Shown here one piece after another: positions 40,227-54,129 of a DNA stretch of 64,000 bases. The notes below the pieces were generated by a model, which saw nothing but the letters and a program-made list of their open reading frames with translations, ran no database searches and had not been told where the DNA came from. Source of the DNA: Chrysomallon squamiferum. Taxonomy: Eukaryota; Animalia; Mollusca. Position 1 is the stretch's first letter. Every line of letters begins with the position of its first letter. Where the stretch lies: NCBI GenBank assembly GCA_012295275.1, contig CM022672.1, positions 30,194,001 through 30,258,000 of the forward strand, in the 5' to 3' direction. Both the position numbers and the translations under genes were made by a program.

Positions 40227-40712
40227 TCAGAGCTAATTAAGAACAGTTCTTGGATTTGTTAATTATATATGGCATAAAATATTGTTATCAATATCTTGTT
40301 TACAAAGGCAAAAACAAAATAAAAAAATAAAAAATACTTGTAACTTTTATCAAGACATCAATCAAATTCAAAGAATATTTTTCTAATATTTACCTGTTTT
40401 GCAACAAGTATTTTGTGTATGAGTGGAATAATGAAAGCTGCTGTTTTTCCCGATCCAGTCCTAGCTCGAGCTAACACATCTTTTCCCTCCAGTACAAGGG
40501 GTATAGCACGTTCCTGAATTGGGGTTGGAACTCTCCAACCCAGTTTTGATATAGCCTGAAATATGGAGGTTACACTATCAATTTAAAAAAGCTTTTTTGG
40601 ATATTATTTCTAAAGCCAAAATAAAACTTAAACACTAACTGATCAGTGACCATTTTATTATGTTTTTTTTTTTTTTTTTTGTCAAAAAAATTAAAAAATA
40701 ACAATAATAATA

Positions 40713-40758
<46 letters not shown>

Positions 40759-41362
40759 TAAATAAATAAACATTATCAACAACAGGCAGGTTTGTTTTGG
40801 GGGGGGTAAAATTTCATTAGTCAAATGGTATGTGAAATGTAGGATTAGGTTTAGCCAACTTTAGATCTAATGTTAAGATAATAAAAATTCATATTTAAAG
40901 GAATTCAGTAACACTGAAACTGTCAGAAGTGATCCAAATATATTTATATATTATTTTATATCACAATATTATTATTATATATTAATATCGGTATTAAAAT
41001 TTAAATTAATTTAAATATAATGTAAAAATTAAATAAAAATAATTTTTAAAACATCCTGTGAACTGTTTTACTTTTAGTTCAATTATATCAATCACATATG
41101 TGATTATCTATTACTAGTATTAGTATTAATAATTTAATCAAATTAATGTAAATGTCATAATCATTATCTGATTATGTGGGAATTATTATTTTTCTCCCCC
41201 CACCCGACAATTATGTTTTTATTGTATTTATTTAATATTGACACTATATTCTCTGTGATCACATACTTTTATCTGTACTTTATAGTTAACGGTACACACC
41301 TTCAAAATTCGATCATCTAATCCCATTTGATGAAAACCAACGTTTTCTGATTCTTCGTTCAT
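29649..41362 (-). CDS. DDX56: DEAD-box RNA helicase DDX56/Dbp9, ~547 aa. Exons 41300-41362, 40394-40555, 39933-40013, 39534-39607, 38362-38532, 37577-37667, 36502-36566, 35669-35773, 35042-35113, 34378-34485, 33792-33911, 33505-33605, 32901-32974, 32381-32470, 31471-31576, 30354-30442, 29649-29720
   Basis: Q motif (GWRVPTPIQ), [33 protein letters not shown] and HRVGRTARG, plus DDX56-specific [34 protein letters not shown] and ADPLKSF. The 1644 nt are phase-consistent. Confidence 0.97.
30934..31514 (-). repeat. 96-bp tandem repeat, ~6 copies, made of the DDX56 exon-15 3' end, its donor and intron start
   Basis: AAGAACTCAC recurs at 30981, 31077, 31173, 31269, 31365 and 31461 (exact 96-bp period). 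Confidence 0.97.
34263..34320 (-). repeat. Diverged duplicate of the DDX56 exon-10 3' end plus donor
   Basis: Minus strand GAAACTTTATTCTATGACTGTAAAGAAAACCCAAAAGAAAAACACTCAAA|GTAAGAAT versus the exon GAAACTTTACTCTGTGATCCTAAAGAGAAACCAAAAGAAAAACCCAAAAA|GTAAGAAT. Confidence 0.8.
35940..36518 (-). repeat. 28-bp minisatellite, ~20 copies, made of the DDX56 exon-7 3' end and donor
   Basis: Plus-strand unit GACTTA(C/T)TTTATGTGGTA(T/C)TGG(G/A)TACAT; the last copy overlaps the exon end (..TQYHIK|GTAAGT). Confidence 0.95.
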
Positions 41363-41557
41363 CTTGATCAGTAAAAGCGAACGAGAAATTGGACGAGTAC
41401 CTTATAATATAATACGCTTGTATGCCTTATTAAGTTATTTAACACGCAAATATAACCTGGAAACTGTCTACGAAAACGGAAGCACGTGCCAAAAGCAAAC
41501 GACATAATGTGTGTTTTGTATTGGAATTTGATTTAACTGCTGTTGAAATCACTAGTA
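41363..41557. promoter_or_regulatory. Bidirectional promoter of DDX56 and PBDC1 with adjacent ETS and E-box motifs
   Basis: ACGGAAGCACGTG at ~41476-41488 (ETS CGGAAG plus canonical CACGTG) in a CpG-enriched patch. Confidence 0.55.
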
Positions 41558-43027
41558 ATGGTACTGTTATGATTGTTTATATATAACTGAAGATTTCATT
41601 TATATCTAGTTATTAAAAATGACTAATTTGTTATTAATTCGAACGCAATATAATTCATGAATTATTTAGAACGAAAGTTTAATTTTAAACGTTAATTTTA
41701 AATTTAACACAATCAAAAGGCAAACTGCAAAATTGGAAAGACGAAAATATACATTAAATTGTATAGCAAATTTTTGGAGATAAGTTTTATGGACTTACGT
41801 AATATTTTGAAAAACAAACAAAAACAAAACATAAGTTAGTAAAGTGAAATTATGTCGAATTACTATTTACTGTGATACAAGTACCATAGTAACTTTATTA
41901 AAATAAAAATAAGAAGAAAAAAATTAGAACCCTAAACGAAAACATATATTCCTTTCCTGCCAAAGTAACAAAAAAAAACAAAAAAACAACAACAAAAAAA
42001 CAACAAAAATAACAAACACAAAAAACCCTCACAAAAACAACAGTAAACCAAACAAAACAACAATAACAACCTAAAACAGATTAGCTTATGTAATGAAATA
42101 ACATTTTTTGAAATGATAGGTTACAAATGATCATTAACTAGCAGTTTGCTGCATAATTCCTCATTTTAAAATACAATAAAAATATGTTATTATTAGTAAA
42201 AATCTGTAGCTGTTATTATTAGCAAGTGGTACTAATACTGATGGCCATTATTGCCTTATTGTTGTTGGCAATGACATTCATATATCATGTATGACAGATG
42301 ACACACAGGCTATTAATGAATGTACTCATTTTCAGTTTTTGGTGCACAAACATATCTAATTGCACATGATGAACATAGCTCAGTGTTCGAGCATCTGCCT
42401 TTGATGAACCCACAGAGCTATTTCTCATTCCAGCCATTGCTCCACTGCTGGTGTAAGACAGGCTGTAATATATATGTGTGATGATGTGTATAAAAGATCC
42501 ATTGGTATTAATTAGAAATGAGTGGGTCATGAAATGCCAAACTGGGTTTCTTTCTTTATTATCTGAGTAGTCCATAATCACATATATTTACTGGGTATGT
42601 CATTAATGATTAAGCATGCTTCAGTTTTCATTGATTAGCATGTTTTTTTCACTCACTTAATCGTGTTATTAAGTAAAATAATTTCATCATTCCTCTAATT
42701 GCATGACAGAAAGTTAAGTGACACAATCACCTACAAGAAGTAACAGTTTAAACAGTTGTCTGTTCAGATAAATGATGCCTGGTAAGACATTTCAGAAATT
42801 TAAGTTTAGACAATCTGTATTGTGATGTGTCCTATATTTCTGTGTATATTTTATTAGATTATCACAAATTCACTACATCACGCATATAACGGGCATGTTC
42901 AAGATGGTCCATTGTTTTGTTTTTTATGGTATGGTATGGAGATGGTCCATTGTTTTGTTTTTTTAAAGGTTTTGTTGGATAAATTCATTTTATATAAACA
43001 CTTGAAACCTATTTATAGCCAAATAAG

Positions 43028-43064
<37 letters not shown>

Positions 43065-46000
43065 CCTTTTGTTATCACAGGATGAATTATATTTTTCTCT
43101 TTATTTCAGGCTGCTTCTGTACATTCAATGCTCACCAATCCAGATGGATTGACCAATCCGGTGAATAACTGTCAAATGCATTTTAGCTTTGATTGCAAAA
43201 ACTGTTCAAATTAACTGAATTAATTTTAAAAAAACAACCAAATAAAATATTATGTAAAACACAATGAAAATGGTTAAAGTTATAAAAAAAAATATATATA
43301 TATAGCTGTTACTTAAATTTTTTTTTTTTTTCAATGACTGGAGGGTGTTCTGATTAAAAATCATGAGTAGCAAAAAAAGAAATGAGTCAGTGCATACTTA
43401 CTGTAATTGTTATCATGTTAATTCTTTATTAGTAGTAAAAACTGGTTCCTACAAATTATAATTAATGTACATATTTGGAAGTATAACCTGTATACTCTAA
43501 ATTTTACTCTTTTAAACAAAGCATTTCAAATACTGTTTTAAAGAAAAGAGATAGGGTTTTTTTTTTGGTAATCAATACAATTCAATTTAAAATTAAAACA
43601 TTTCAAAAATTCATTTATTTACCTCTTGTGGATGTATTAACTTGAAATACAACAGAAAAGACTAATTTCTGAACCTATGTTATATATGTTTAATAATTTA
43701 TAATATCTGATATTTTTGTGTGTTTTTTGACTCCTTTGGTTTTAATACCAGTGATGTTTTATTTTATTATTATATTTTTGTTTTGTTTTTGTTGGTTTTA
43801 GGGAGATTTGGAAATGACATGGGCAACAAAAGCTTATGATGATGCAGAAATCTACTTTAATGTACGTGCTTACAGTTTTCTGTTCATGACCAAGATCAGT
43901 AAATACTTTAACTTAAAACCCTATTTTGTGCATATTTCTTTAGTTTCATAAAATTATCAATCCATTATTTAAAAATTCTTCCACATCTTTTATATTCTGC
44001 ATAAAGCATCACTTGTATAACTATTTTTCAAGAATATTTAATATTATTTAAATTTTTGTTTAATAAACTCTACAGATTTGTTCTGTTACTGAGAATTTTG
44101 GTTAAGGGAGTGTCAGCCATTGTTTAAATTTAATTATTTACATTTAACTTGTAAGCCTTTATTAGCCAAGATTTTTTTAAAAACAAGGACATTCTGAGCA
44201 TTTGACAGAAGGTATGAAAGGTCACAGGAATAGTTTTCATTAGTTTATCTCTCTCTCTCTGTCTCTCTCATTGTAACACATGTACACACATTCAGTCATT
44301 TTAATTCTTTTATTGTTTATTCTCCTTTCTTTGGACACAGAGTTGAAGTGAGCATAAATAATCAGCTGATTTTATGGTTGTGTTTTTTGGGGGTGGTGCC
44401 ATCTTTACTTCTATTTTCATTGTATCAAAGAATCGTTAAACAAAATTGTTTGTACTCTTTAATTTGATTTAATTCATTCATTGCTTTTTTTGTTTTTCAG
44501 ATTTTATGTTCAGTTGAGCCAAAACTGCTGAAGTTGACTCAGAATGACAATGCTATTTATGAAAAGTTTAAAAAAGACTTTCCACGATTTAAACTTGACA
44601 TCCTGGAGGAAGACCAGCTGAAGTCTGCTGGAGCTAAACTGGTTAGAATATTTTTAACATTTTTCTTAATTTCTTCTCATTCTTTATAGTTTGTATGATG
44701 TTTAATCATTTTAACATTTTCATCTCATTTCTGATTTTTTTATAGTTTCTGCCTTGTTTAATTATTTTAGCATTTTCTTAATATCTTTTAATTCTTTATA
44801 GTTTGTATCATGTTTAATTATTTTAACATTATAAATAGTTATAAATAAGATTAGATCCAGTATTATCTGACCTGGATAATATCCTGGTTATGAGATAACT
44901 GTTGTAGAAATGGTAATATTTTAAAAATAAATTAATTAAAAGAAATGGTCACAAAATTGTCACAAGTATAATTAAATGTTTCTAATATGTGTAAGACTAT
45001 TTTAACACTAATAGATCATTTCAATATGTTATATTATTATGATTCAAATTCATTTCTTGTTTAATATTTTAATTTGGTTCTTGTACTTTAATATGTAAAT
45101 ATATGTGTCTGTCACTCTGCATGTGTTTATACATACATATAAAGGTAAAGAGCAGAAAATATTCTCTTTAATTATTATCAAAAACATAGCAAAGGTATGC
45201 CATATCTGTTTCTATATATGGCAAGACGAATATAAAAAGATTCTTTGCTGATATTCATTATAGTAACTCACTGTAATTATGAAGTAAAAAACAGTTCAAA
45301 AACCTTAATACAGTGATTTCAGGAGCCTAAGCAAAGAGTAGGTAACAAAATATCATTCTTCTTTTCCTATTTTATTATCATTTTAAAAAACCCCCATATC
45401 TTACTGTTTAAGGCTTGGAGGGAGTTTTGTGAACATTTCAAGGATGTTGTTGATAATCATAACTTTGGGACACTGATACGAATGAATTGCAAGGAAGGGT
45501 ACACTGAAAAAAATTCAATATTTGGTAAGTTTTATTATTATTTTATATCTGTTGTTACACATTTGAAAGGAGAAAAATGCTAGGGTAAATGAATGTTTGT
45601 TTAATGACATTTTATGTTCAACAGAATAATGCAAATTTATACATTTAGTTACTACTACTACCATCATTATTATTACTGCTACTGTTATTGTTATTTCTGA
45701 TACTATCTATAATGGGTGAGACTGATAGGTTGATATAATATATATATGTAATACACTATCTAAAGAATAACAGACAAGTCAAGGTTCCCAATTCAAGTGA
45801 TTTAACATTGGTTATTTCCTGATGTAGCAATGTTAACATTTACCACATGGCAATTCTGGTGTCTCCAAGGAGGACAACTGACCAGGTTCATAAAACAAAT
45901 CACAATTCTACAGAACTAAAAACATCAAACCAATACAAAAAAAAAAACACATGACCACTAGCAATTTTTAAGGTACAGCAATGTCCCAGGCCAGAGTGCA

Positions 46001-46580
46001 ATCCTTTGCTCTCTGAGAAAGTTCCCCCTTAAATCCCGGCAGCAGTTGTCATATTTGGTCATATCACATGACCATACAGTCCCCAGTTCTAACAAAAGCT
46101 CCAGATATGAGGCAGTCATGTTAATCTGTCTTACTAACACTTTACTCCCCACTAATTACTTTAAAACATTATGTAATCTGACCTTCATAGAATAGGAAGC
46201 AATGGCTATTATTTCTCTATTCTACATTTTAATATTATCACTACAGTTACTACTGTTATTATTACTATTAATTACAATTAGTTTTATTGTTTATGCTGCT
46301 GTAATAGAAATTTTATTTATTTACTAAAAATCCATTATTACTTTTGCTTTTATTGTTTTCAATTTTTGTTTTTGTTATTATAATTATTGCTGTTATTATT
46401 TTTAATATTTGTTTTATTATAACAATTGCTGCTGCTGTTGTTGTTGTTATTATTGTTATTGTAATTTCAGGTTATAGAGTTCAGTTTCTGGCTATTGAGA
46501 TTGCGCGTAACCGGGAAGGATTGAACAGTGATTTGAGATTTACTCACAACCAGAAAAGTGACAGTGAAAACCAGCCATAG
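41558..46580 (+). CDS. PBDC1: PBDC1 (CXorf26 / yeast Ypl225w homolog), ~158 aa. Exons: candidate ATG-only 41558-41560, then 43110-43160, 43802-43861, 44501-44641, 45413-45524, 46471-46580
   Basis: GDLEMTWATKAY, LKLTQNDNAIYEKFKKDF, LKSAGAKLAWREFC, NFGTLIR..GYTEKNSIF and RVQFLAIEIARNREGLN match the PBDC1 family. The start is uncertain; an alternative in-frame ATG lies at 43128. Confidence 0.92.
44652..44830. repeat. ~55-bp degenerate tandem repeat, ~3 copies, at the start of a PBDC1 intron
   Basis: TTTTAACATTTT...TTTATAGTTT...TGTTTAAT recurs three times. Confidence 0.65.
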
Positions 46581-47568
46581 CAAAATGGATAGAAAAATGT
46601 ATTTAATAATTTCTGAAACTTCACCGCACAATATCAGTGACCCTTCCATTAAGAAATACTGAATAAACAAAAAGAAAAAAGAAAAGCAAAAAAAGAAAAA
46701 GAAGAAGGATATGAATTGTTACCAACTGTATAATGAAGATGAAAATGGTTATATTGGTTTATCATGATATCAGACAGGACATTTTTCAGTTTTTTTCCAT
46801 GCTTTCCAGTGAGGTTATTTTCTTTGCCAAATAACATATTTTGTTTTGCAGAAACAAAATTATCAAGATCTGTTTCACCTATGTCTCACTAACTTCCCTT
46901 GTTCAGTATGATTAGGGAATTATTCCAAACTGTTAATATAATTAGACAGGTGAACAGAACTCTTCCAAAAATCTTTGGAGTATTTGTACATATTTCACAT
47001 TTTGGAAGTTATCTTGTAAATTTTATAAAACATTTCTTAAACAAACTTCTATTACAAAAGATTCAGTGTTAGAACAAACGAAAAAAAAAAAAAATAAAAT
47101 GTTTTCAACCTTATTTTATTACCCTATGTCTATGCATATTATGAGCTTGTTTAAAATTTGTGGTTTCCAGTAACTGATTGCTTTTTGTGCTGGGGAATCA
47201 TTAAACATTCACTAACTTTAGCAATTAATATGAAAGAAAAAAAAATATAATATATATATATATATATATTTATTAATAAATATTTTTAATATTTTGTTTA
47301 AAATTCCCTCTACACATCATTAATTTTGTATACTTCAGGTACAGCTTGAACTTAAGTAAAACCTCTAAAGACCAGAGGGAGGTTCCTATACTGTATCAGT
47401 TTGTTCAGAGCCTCTGTAACAATGAACAGTAAGAATGCGAGACTTTCAGTATGCTGCAAGGTTTAACTACTGTTCCATGCCTGGGATAACTCACCATATG
47501 TACATCTGTATTAAATCCCTAAACTGTGTTAGATTCTCGCTGACTTTACACTTGTATGTCTCTTTAGA

Positions 47569-49666
47569 GTTGAACAGACATCAACCATGTGTCAAGTCTT
47601 TGTAAAACGGTGTAACACAGCATGCAGTGCCAGATTTATCCTTAATGAGCTTCTGATCTCTATAAATTGGAGACTAACTCCATTCAAAACAGAAATGCTT
47701 TATTCTCTTAGTTTGTCAAAAGAATGTCAACTGTTTCTCTTCATTCCCCTTTCAGAGACAGAAAAATTTGTAAAATAAGTTACTAGCTTCTTTTGCATTT
47801 CATTCTGGTTCTTTTCTTGTGGATGTTCTGATCATTCAGGGGATGCTAGTGAGGAGTTTCCTTCGTTTTGTGACTCACTTATGTTTGGGGATGAGCATAG
47901 TTTGTTCCAGTAGTACTATTTTTGACCTCTGCCAGGTTTCCTCCTGGAGGTCACATTACTTGTAGAGTGATGCAGCTTGATTTTCTGATAGATTGTTTTA
48001 TGCCATTTTTGTTGTCGTCAGAGACTATTAGTTGATTAGTTGAAAACACAGTTGGCTTGCACTGGCAAATATGCGAGGGTGAACTTCTGTTGAAATTATT
48101 AATTTATTTATTTATTTACTTATTTATTGTTAATTTTTTTTTATCAAGATCTCAAATGAGACAAACAAAATTCAATTTTGAATTTTTTTTATTGTTTTTT
48201 TTTCAATTTAAAATATTTGTTGCAACTCTTAGTGCTTTGTATAAATATAATTCAGTGTAAATTTGAGAATGCATTATTTGTTATCTTCTTGATAAATCTG
48301 ATGGCAGGACATCACAGTGATGAACACATTTCTTAATGTCCTGCTGTTTATGGTGGACAACCAGCAGTTCATTTTCTCTCCGACGTATTTCATGCATGCC
48401 AAAGTTTTGATGTCTTCTGTAACATATATGCAACACAATTGAGAAAAATCTCATAGAATCTACATCCACAGATTATTATATACAATCAGTCCCACAGCTT
48501 TATTTAAAGTCTGCTAAGACTTTCTTTAATGTGTGGTCTTCCAGCTTGATAAATGGTATCCTTGTATATTAGCACCTCTGACATTTTCATGTTTCATTTT
48601 TGTTTTGATCACTAAAACAAGAAAAACTTGTGCACTTTTAACCTTATACAATTTCTTTTTAAATAATTTTTGTAATAACTGGAGTATTTGAAAAAACCCA
48701 CTGCTGCTTTGTTCTGGATATTTTAATTATTTTTTTAATTTGATTTTTAAATTTGATTTTATTATTATTATATTTTTTTTTAACCATTAGACTTAGTCTT
48801 ACAGAATGGAACCTCCCTGACATGTAATTGATCTGTTATTCTTTCAGCACCTGGATCTAACTCCATACTTTGCAAAATTGAATGATGAAACTAAATTGTC
48901 TCCTCCATTGAAACAATTAAAAACTTGCAACATATTTATGTTGGGTCTGCCGTATTGAATTTAAAACAACATGGCTGATGTTGACATAATCTTATTTCCC
49001 ATCACCGTTTATGGCTGTTTGCACACAGACCATGGAGGTTTCTTATTCTGTGACATTAAATGAAACACACACCTTTCACATGGTTGAACAAACATCAACC
49101 ATGTGTCAAGTCTTTGTAAAACGGTGTAACACAGCATGCAGTGCCACATTTATCCTTAATGAGCTTCTGATCTCTGTAAATTGGAGACTAACTCCATTCA
49201 AAACATAAACGCTTTATTCTCTTAGTTTGTGAAAAGAATGTCAACTGTTTCTCTTCATTCCCCTTTCAGAGACAGAAAAATGTGTAAAAAAAGTTACTAG
49301 CTTCTTTTGCATTTCATTCTGGTTCTTTTCTTGTGGATGTTCTGATCATTCAGGGGATGCTAGTGAGGAGTTTCCTTCATTTTGTGACCCACTTATGTTT
49401 GGGGATGAGCATAGTTTGTTCCAGGTTTTGTCCTGGAGGTCACATTACTTGTAGAGTGATGCAGCTTGATTTTCTGATAGATTGTTTTATGCCATTTTTG
49501 TTGTTGTCAGAGACCCCATTAGTTGAAAACAGAGTTGGCTTGCACTGGCAAATATGCAAGGGTGAACTTCTATTGAAATTATTAATTTATTTATTTATTT
49601 ACTTATTTATTGTTAATTTTTTTTTATCAAGATCTCAAATGAGACAAAAAAAATTCAATTTTGAAT

Positions 49667-49698
<32 letters not shown>

Positions 49699-50552
49699 CA
49701 AATTTAAAATATTTGTTGCAACTCTTAGTGCTTTGTATAAATATAATTCAGTGTAAATTTGAGAATGCATTATTTGTTATCTTCTTGATAAATCTGATGG
49801 CAGGACATCACAGTGATGAACACATTTCTTAATGTCATGCTGTTTATGGTGGACAACCAGCAGTTCATTTTCTCTCCGACGTATTTCATGCATGCCAAAG
49901 TTTTGATGTCTTCTGTAACATATATGCAACACAATTGAGAAAAATCTCATAGAATCTACATCCACAGATTATTATATACACTCAGTCCACAGCTTTATTT
50001 AAAGTCTGCTAAGACTTTCTTTAATGTGTGGTCTTCCAGCTTGATAAATGGTATCCTTGTATATTAGCACCTCTGACATTTTCATGTTTCATTTTTGTTT
50101 TGATCACTAAAGCAAGAAACACTTGTGCACTTTTAACCTTATACAATTTCTTTTTAAATAATTTTTGTAATAACTGGAGTATTTGAAAAAACCCACTGCT
50201 GCTTTGTTCTGGATATTTTAATTATTTTTTTAATTTGATTTTATTATTATTATTATTTTTTTTAACCATTAGACTTAGTCTTACAGAATGGAACCTCCCT
50301 GACATGTAATTGATCTGTTATTCTTTCAGCACCTGATTCCATACTTTGTAAAATAGAATGATGAAACTAAATTGTCTCCTCCATTGAAACAATTAAAAAC
50401 TTGCAACATATTTATGTTGGGTCTGCCGTATTGAATTTAAAACAACATGGCTGATGTTGACATAATCTTATTTCCCATCACCATTTATGGCTGTTTGCAC
50501 ACAGACCATGGAGGTTTCTTATTCTGTGACATTAAATGAAATACACACCTTT
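47569..50552. repeat. Recent ~1.5-kb tandem duplication (copy 1 ~47569-49075, copy 2 ~49083-50552)
   Basis: Both copies start GTTGAACA.ACATCAACCATGTGTCAAG and end GACATTAAATGAAA.ACACACCTTT. Near-identical ORFs appear twice (48281..48469 and 49777..49965). Confidence 0.95.
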
Positions 50553-51400
50553 GTAATTCATTTGTTTCCATTGTATCAGTTTATCTTTTTAATTCTTCAA
50601 CTCATTTCCTTCTGTAGTTGTATTTAATATATCTGGCATAAATGTGCCCTTTAATATATATATATAAATTACAGATCACAGTATTTGCATAATTCTGTAA
50701 ATAAAGAAAAATTGAAATAAAACAGTGTTTCTGAGGCAAATTTGACTGCAAAGATGTTAACTTACTCTTGAGAGTCCCCACAAATTTCTTTTTTTATTTC
50801 AAGTTAATGAAGTTAATTTTGATAGAAAAGAAAATTTTTATGGTTATAAAATTTATTTCTGATGCTCCGTCACTACATTTATTTCCCATTCAGACATTTT
50901 GTCTTATTCCTGTAGATGGAATTAGCAAAAATGGTCTTGATCTCGTGAAAATAACAAAACAGAATTTTTATTTTCATACATGTCATGTTGTGTGGGGTTC
51001 ATACAGGTTTTGGTATATAAAAATCAAGGATTTTTTCCACATGCAGAGACCAGAGCTGGTTGTAACACTTTTATTATTTTATTTTTTTATTATTGTTTTT
51101 TTAACTTGTTGTACATACCACAGTATTTTGATTATGTAGGGTAATGCATAATTAGAGTATGTGACTTCATGGAAATTGATAATTGGTGTGTTTTGGATTT
51201 GCCAATTCTAATCCTGGAATTACACCTAAATCTGCTCCAGAAATACAATCCAGCTTTGAATAAATGGGGAAATGCCTTGTTGTTTTGCAGTTTTACAATA
51301 ACATTGTCTTTGTTCAGTTACAACTTGTAAGCATATTTAATATTAAATTCTTTATAACAAAATGTAAATGGTCATTGTAAATTTTAAATTTTTCTCTCTG

Positions 51401-51449
<49 letters not shown>

Positions 51450-54129
51450 CACACTTATTCTGTATTTAGCATGTTTAAAGGCAAAAAAGCCAACTATAGG
51501 ACTGTTACCAAAAAAATAATTAATAATAAAATTAAATAAACAAAGTTTTTTTTAAAAATTAATTTTTTTTTTGTTATTATATTGTAAATTTTGTTTATTG
51601 TTTGTTTATCTGTGATTGTATTAATAAATATGTAAATAAATTTGTATAAAGTTTTTATCAGTTTCTGTTTTGTTGTTAGGGTTAGCAAATGAAACCCCAA
51701 AAAGGATAAATAAATATTATAATAATAATAAAAACAATGATGTGTGTATTTTTATGTTGATTACTAATTATTATTATTATTAAGCAAATCTGTGATGGTA
51801 GTGATAAAATGGCTAAATACTTTTGTACCTTTCCAAACAACTGTTTTACTTCTTTCTGAAAATAAGCTATTTCTGTTAACAAATGACATATACTACCTGC
51901 TACATGATGGAGACTTCTTTCTCCTTTTATCATATAACTTTTATAAAAAACAACAAATAAAACATTTATCAAAATGATTTATTAATAAATAACAATGTTT
52001 ATCTTGTAGACAAAAACACAACATATTTTATTTTGTCTTTACTTTTTCTTTCACATACACACTGTACACATGTTCATGATTTATTAAAATGTCATTCAAG
52101 AATGAAAATGCAGATAATGTAATAATGGCTGTCCAACAAAAAGCATAAATGAATTTAAATTATCTCACAAAACAAAATGAATCCTTCAAAACATTTATTC
52201 TGTAAATACAATTATTACTAACATGGAACTAGTATAATTTGTTTTTATTATCTATTCAAACAGTTAACAAAGAGTTAAGAAACTGTGTGTGTCTATGTAC
52301 ACAGTCACACACAGACACATATATAAAATTTCAATTATATAATTTATTATTTTAAATATTTTACTCACTTGTGAATACTCATAAAAATAATATTTCAAAA
52401 CAAAAGAAATCAACAAAGTTTTTAACAATAATTAAAAAATATAATTATAAAATACATTTCTTCATAATAATAATGGTACAGTAATGTAGCTTAACAATTC
52501 TGCATGTAAATGATGTAATAAATTAATGGTAATTCCTGGAAGCATTAATCGCAGCTCCCTAAAAATTTGATACAGACAAGTGATTTTGTGTTCATGTCAG
52601 TTACAAGAAGGTTAGACAGTTGTCAACTTATCCCATGAGCAAAGTAATTTTGTCTTTTGGAATATGAAAATATATGTTATGCAATGAAAATGGTTCTAAA
52701 ATGTTGTGTTAATGACACAGACATGCACACACGCACAGAAAATTACCAAACCAGGTGAGGTTTTTACATTCATCATTAATAGTATTAAAAACAATCGATT
52801 AGTACTGGGTTGGAACAAAAGTTCACTGCATCTTTTGAAGTGAAATTAGAAATAAATATATTTAGATATTTGTACTACATATGCCATTTTATTCACAATA
52901 CATGTTCAGTCTCACTGATACAGATCCAACTACTCTGCTACACAGCCAACCATGGGAATGAAATGTTATCATATAATTTGTTTTTAAAGGGACTTAATGA
53001 CTATATCAACAGTGATTTGAGTTTGAAATCTCAAGCTGTAAACAGGAATAATTACAGTTGAAGTTCTGTTCAAAAGAAAGAAATAAATAATCTTCACACT
53101 GGAAAATTAATGGAAAAATGGAGATGTAATGAGTGTAGGAACTTTCAAGAAATCAACATGTTTTTGCTTCAGCACTGGAACACTACAGAAAAGAAAATAA
53201 ATAAATAAATAAACTGAGAAAAGTACCATTTGTATAGATGGATTCGTATAGGAACCAGTTACCTGGATCTCTACAGATGTATTAAATGACTCAATGGTGA
53301 AATTAAGAGATTAATTGACATAATGATGCCTCTGATTATGAATCAACAATAAAGCATCCACATTTTTTTTGTTTTAAAACACATTTTATTTATTTTTTAT
53401 TTTACAATAAGAAAAAATTCACCAAAACACAATATATAAATAAAAAGAGCAGCACATCAAAAGTGTAGATTGCAATTCACCTGTTTACAGAGGAGGAACA
53501 AACTGGCAATAAGGAATTTTTCTAAAAATTCACAAGACGAGATGGCCAGATGCTGTCAAGGATATTACAACAAGAAGTAGCATTTAGAAAATAAAGCATC
53601 CAACAAAAGAATATTTGGAAATTATTTATAGATAATTTCCTTTGTAATTACTGCAAGAATTGCATAATAAAAATGAAACAAATATTGTAAAGCTTTTGTA
53701 TGTTTAAAATTTAAAAAAGAAAGCAAGAGTGTGTGTCATGAATAATCAAAATATTATTTATTTACTGTTAGTATTATTTTTTAAATAATGTTATCCTTGC
53801 AAGAAATGTGTAATGAAAATGAAATGACATTCTAAGACTTTGTATATTTCAAATATTAGACAGAAAGCAAGAGAGTGTATGTGTTGCAAGAAATGCATAA
53901 CGAAAATGAAAATGAAATGAAATGAAATTCTAAGACTTTTGTATATTTATAATATTAAACAGAAAGCAAGAGAATGTGTAGTGTATGTAGGCCATCATGT
54001 GTAACAGTGGATATATTATTTATTTACTATTAACTTTTTCCTTCTTAATATTTTTTTTTTTTTGACAATTTTATTAGTTTTAAGTCAAAGCAAGTTTAAG
54101 CAAAATAATATATAAACTGAAAAGTGCTC

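Noticed and set aside
48281-49965. Duplicated 62-aa minus-strand ORFs as a gene pair
   Set aside because: They arise from the 1.5-kb duplication; no recognisable homology or exon structure.
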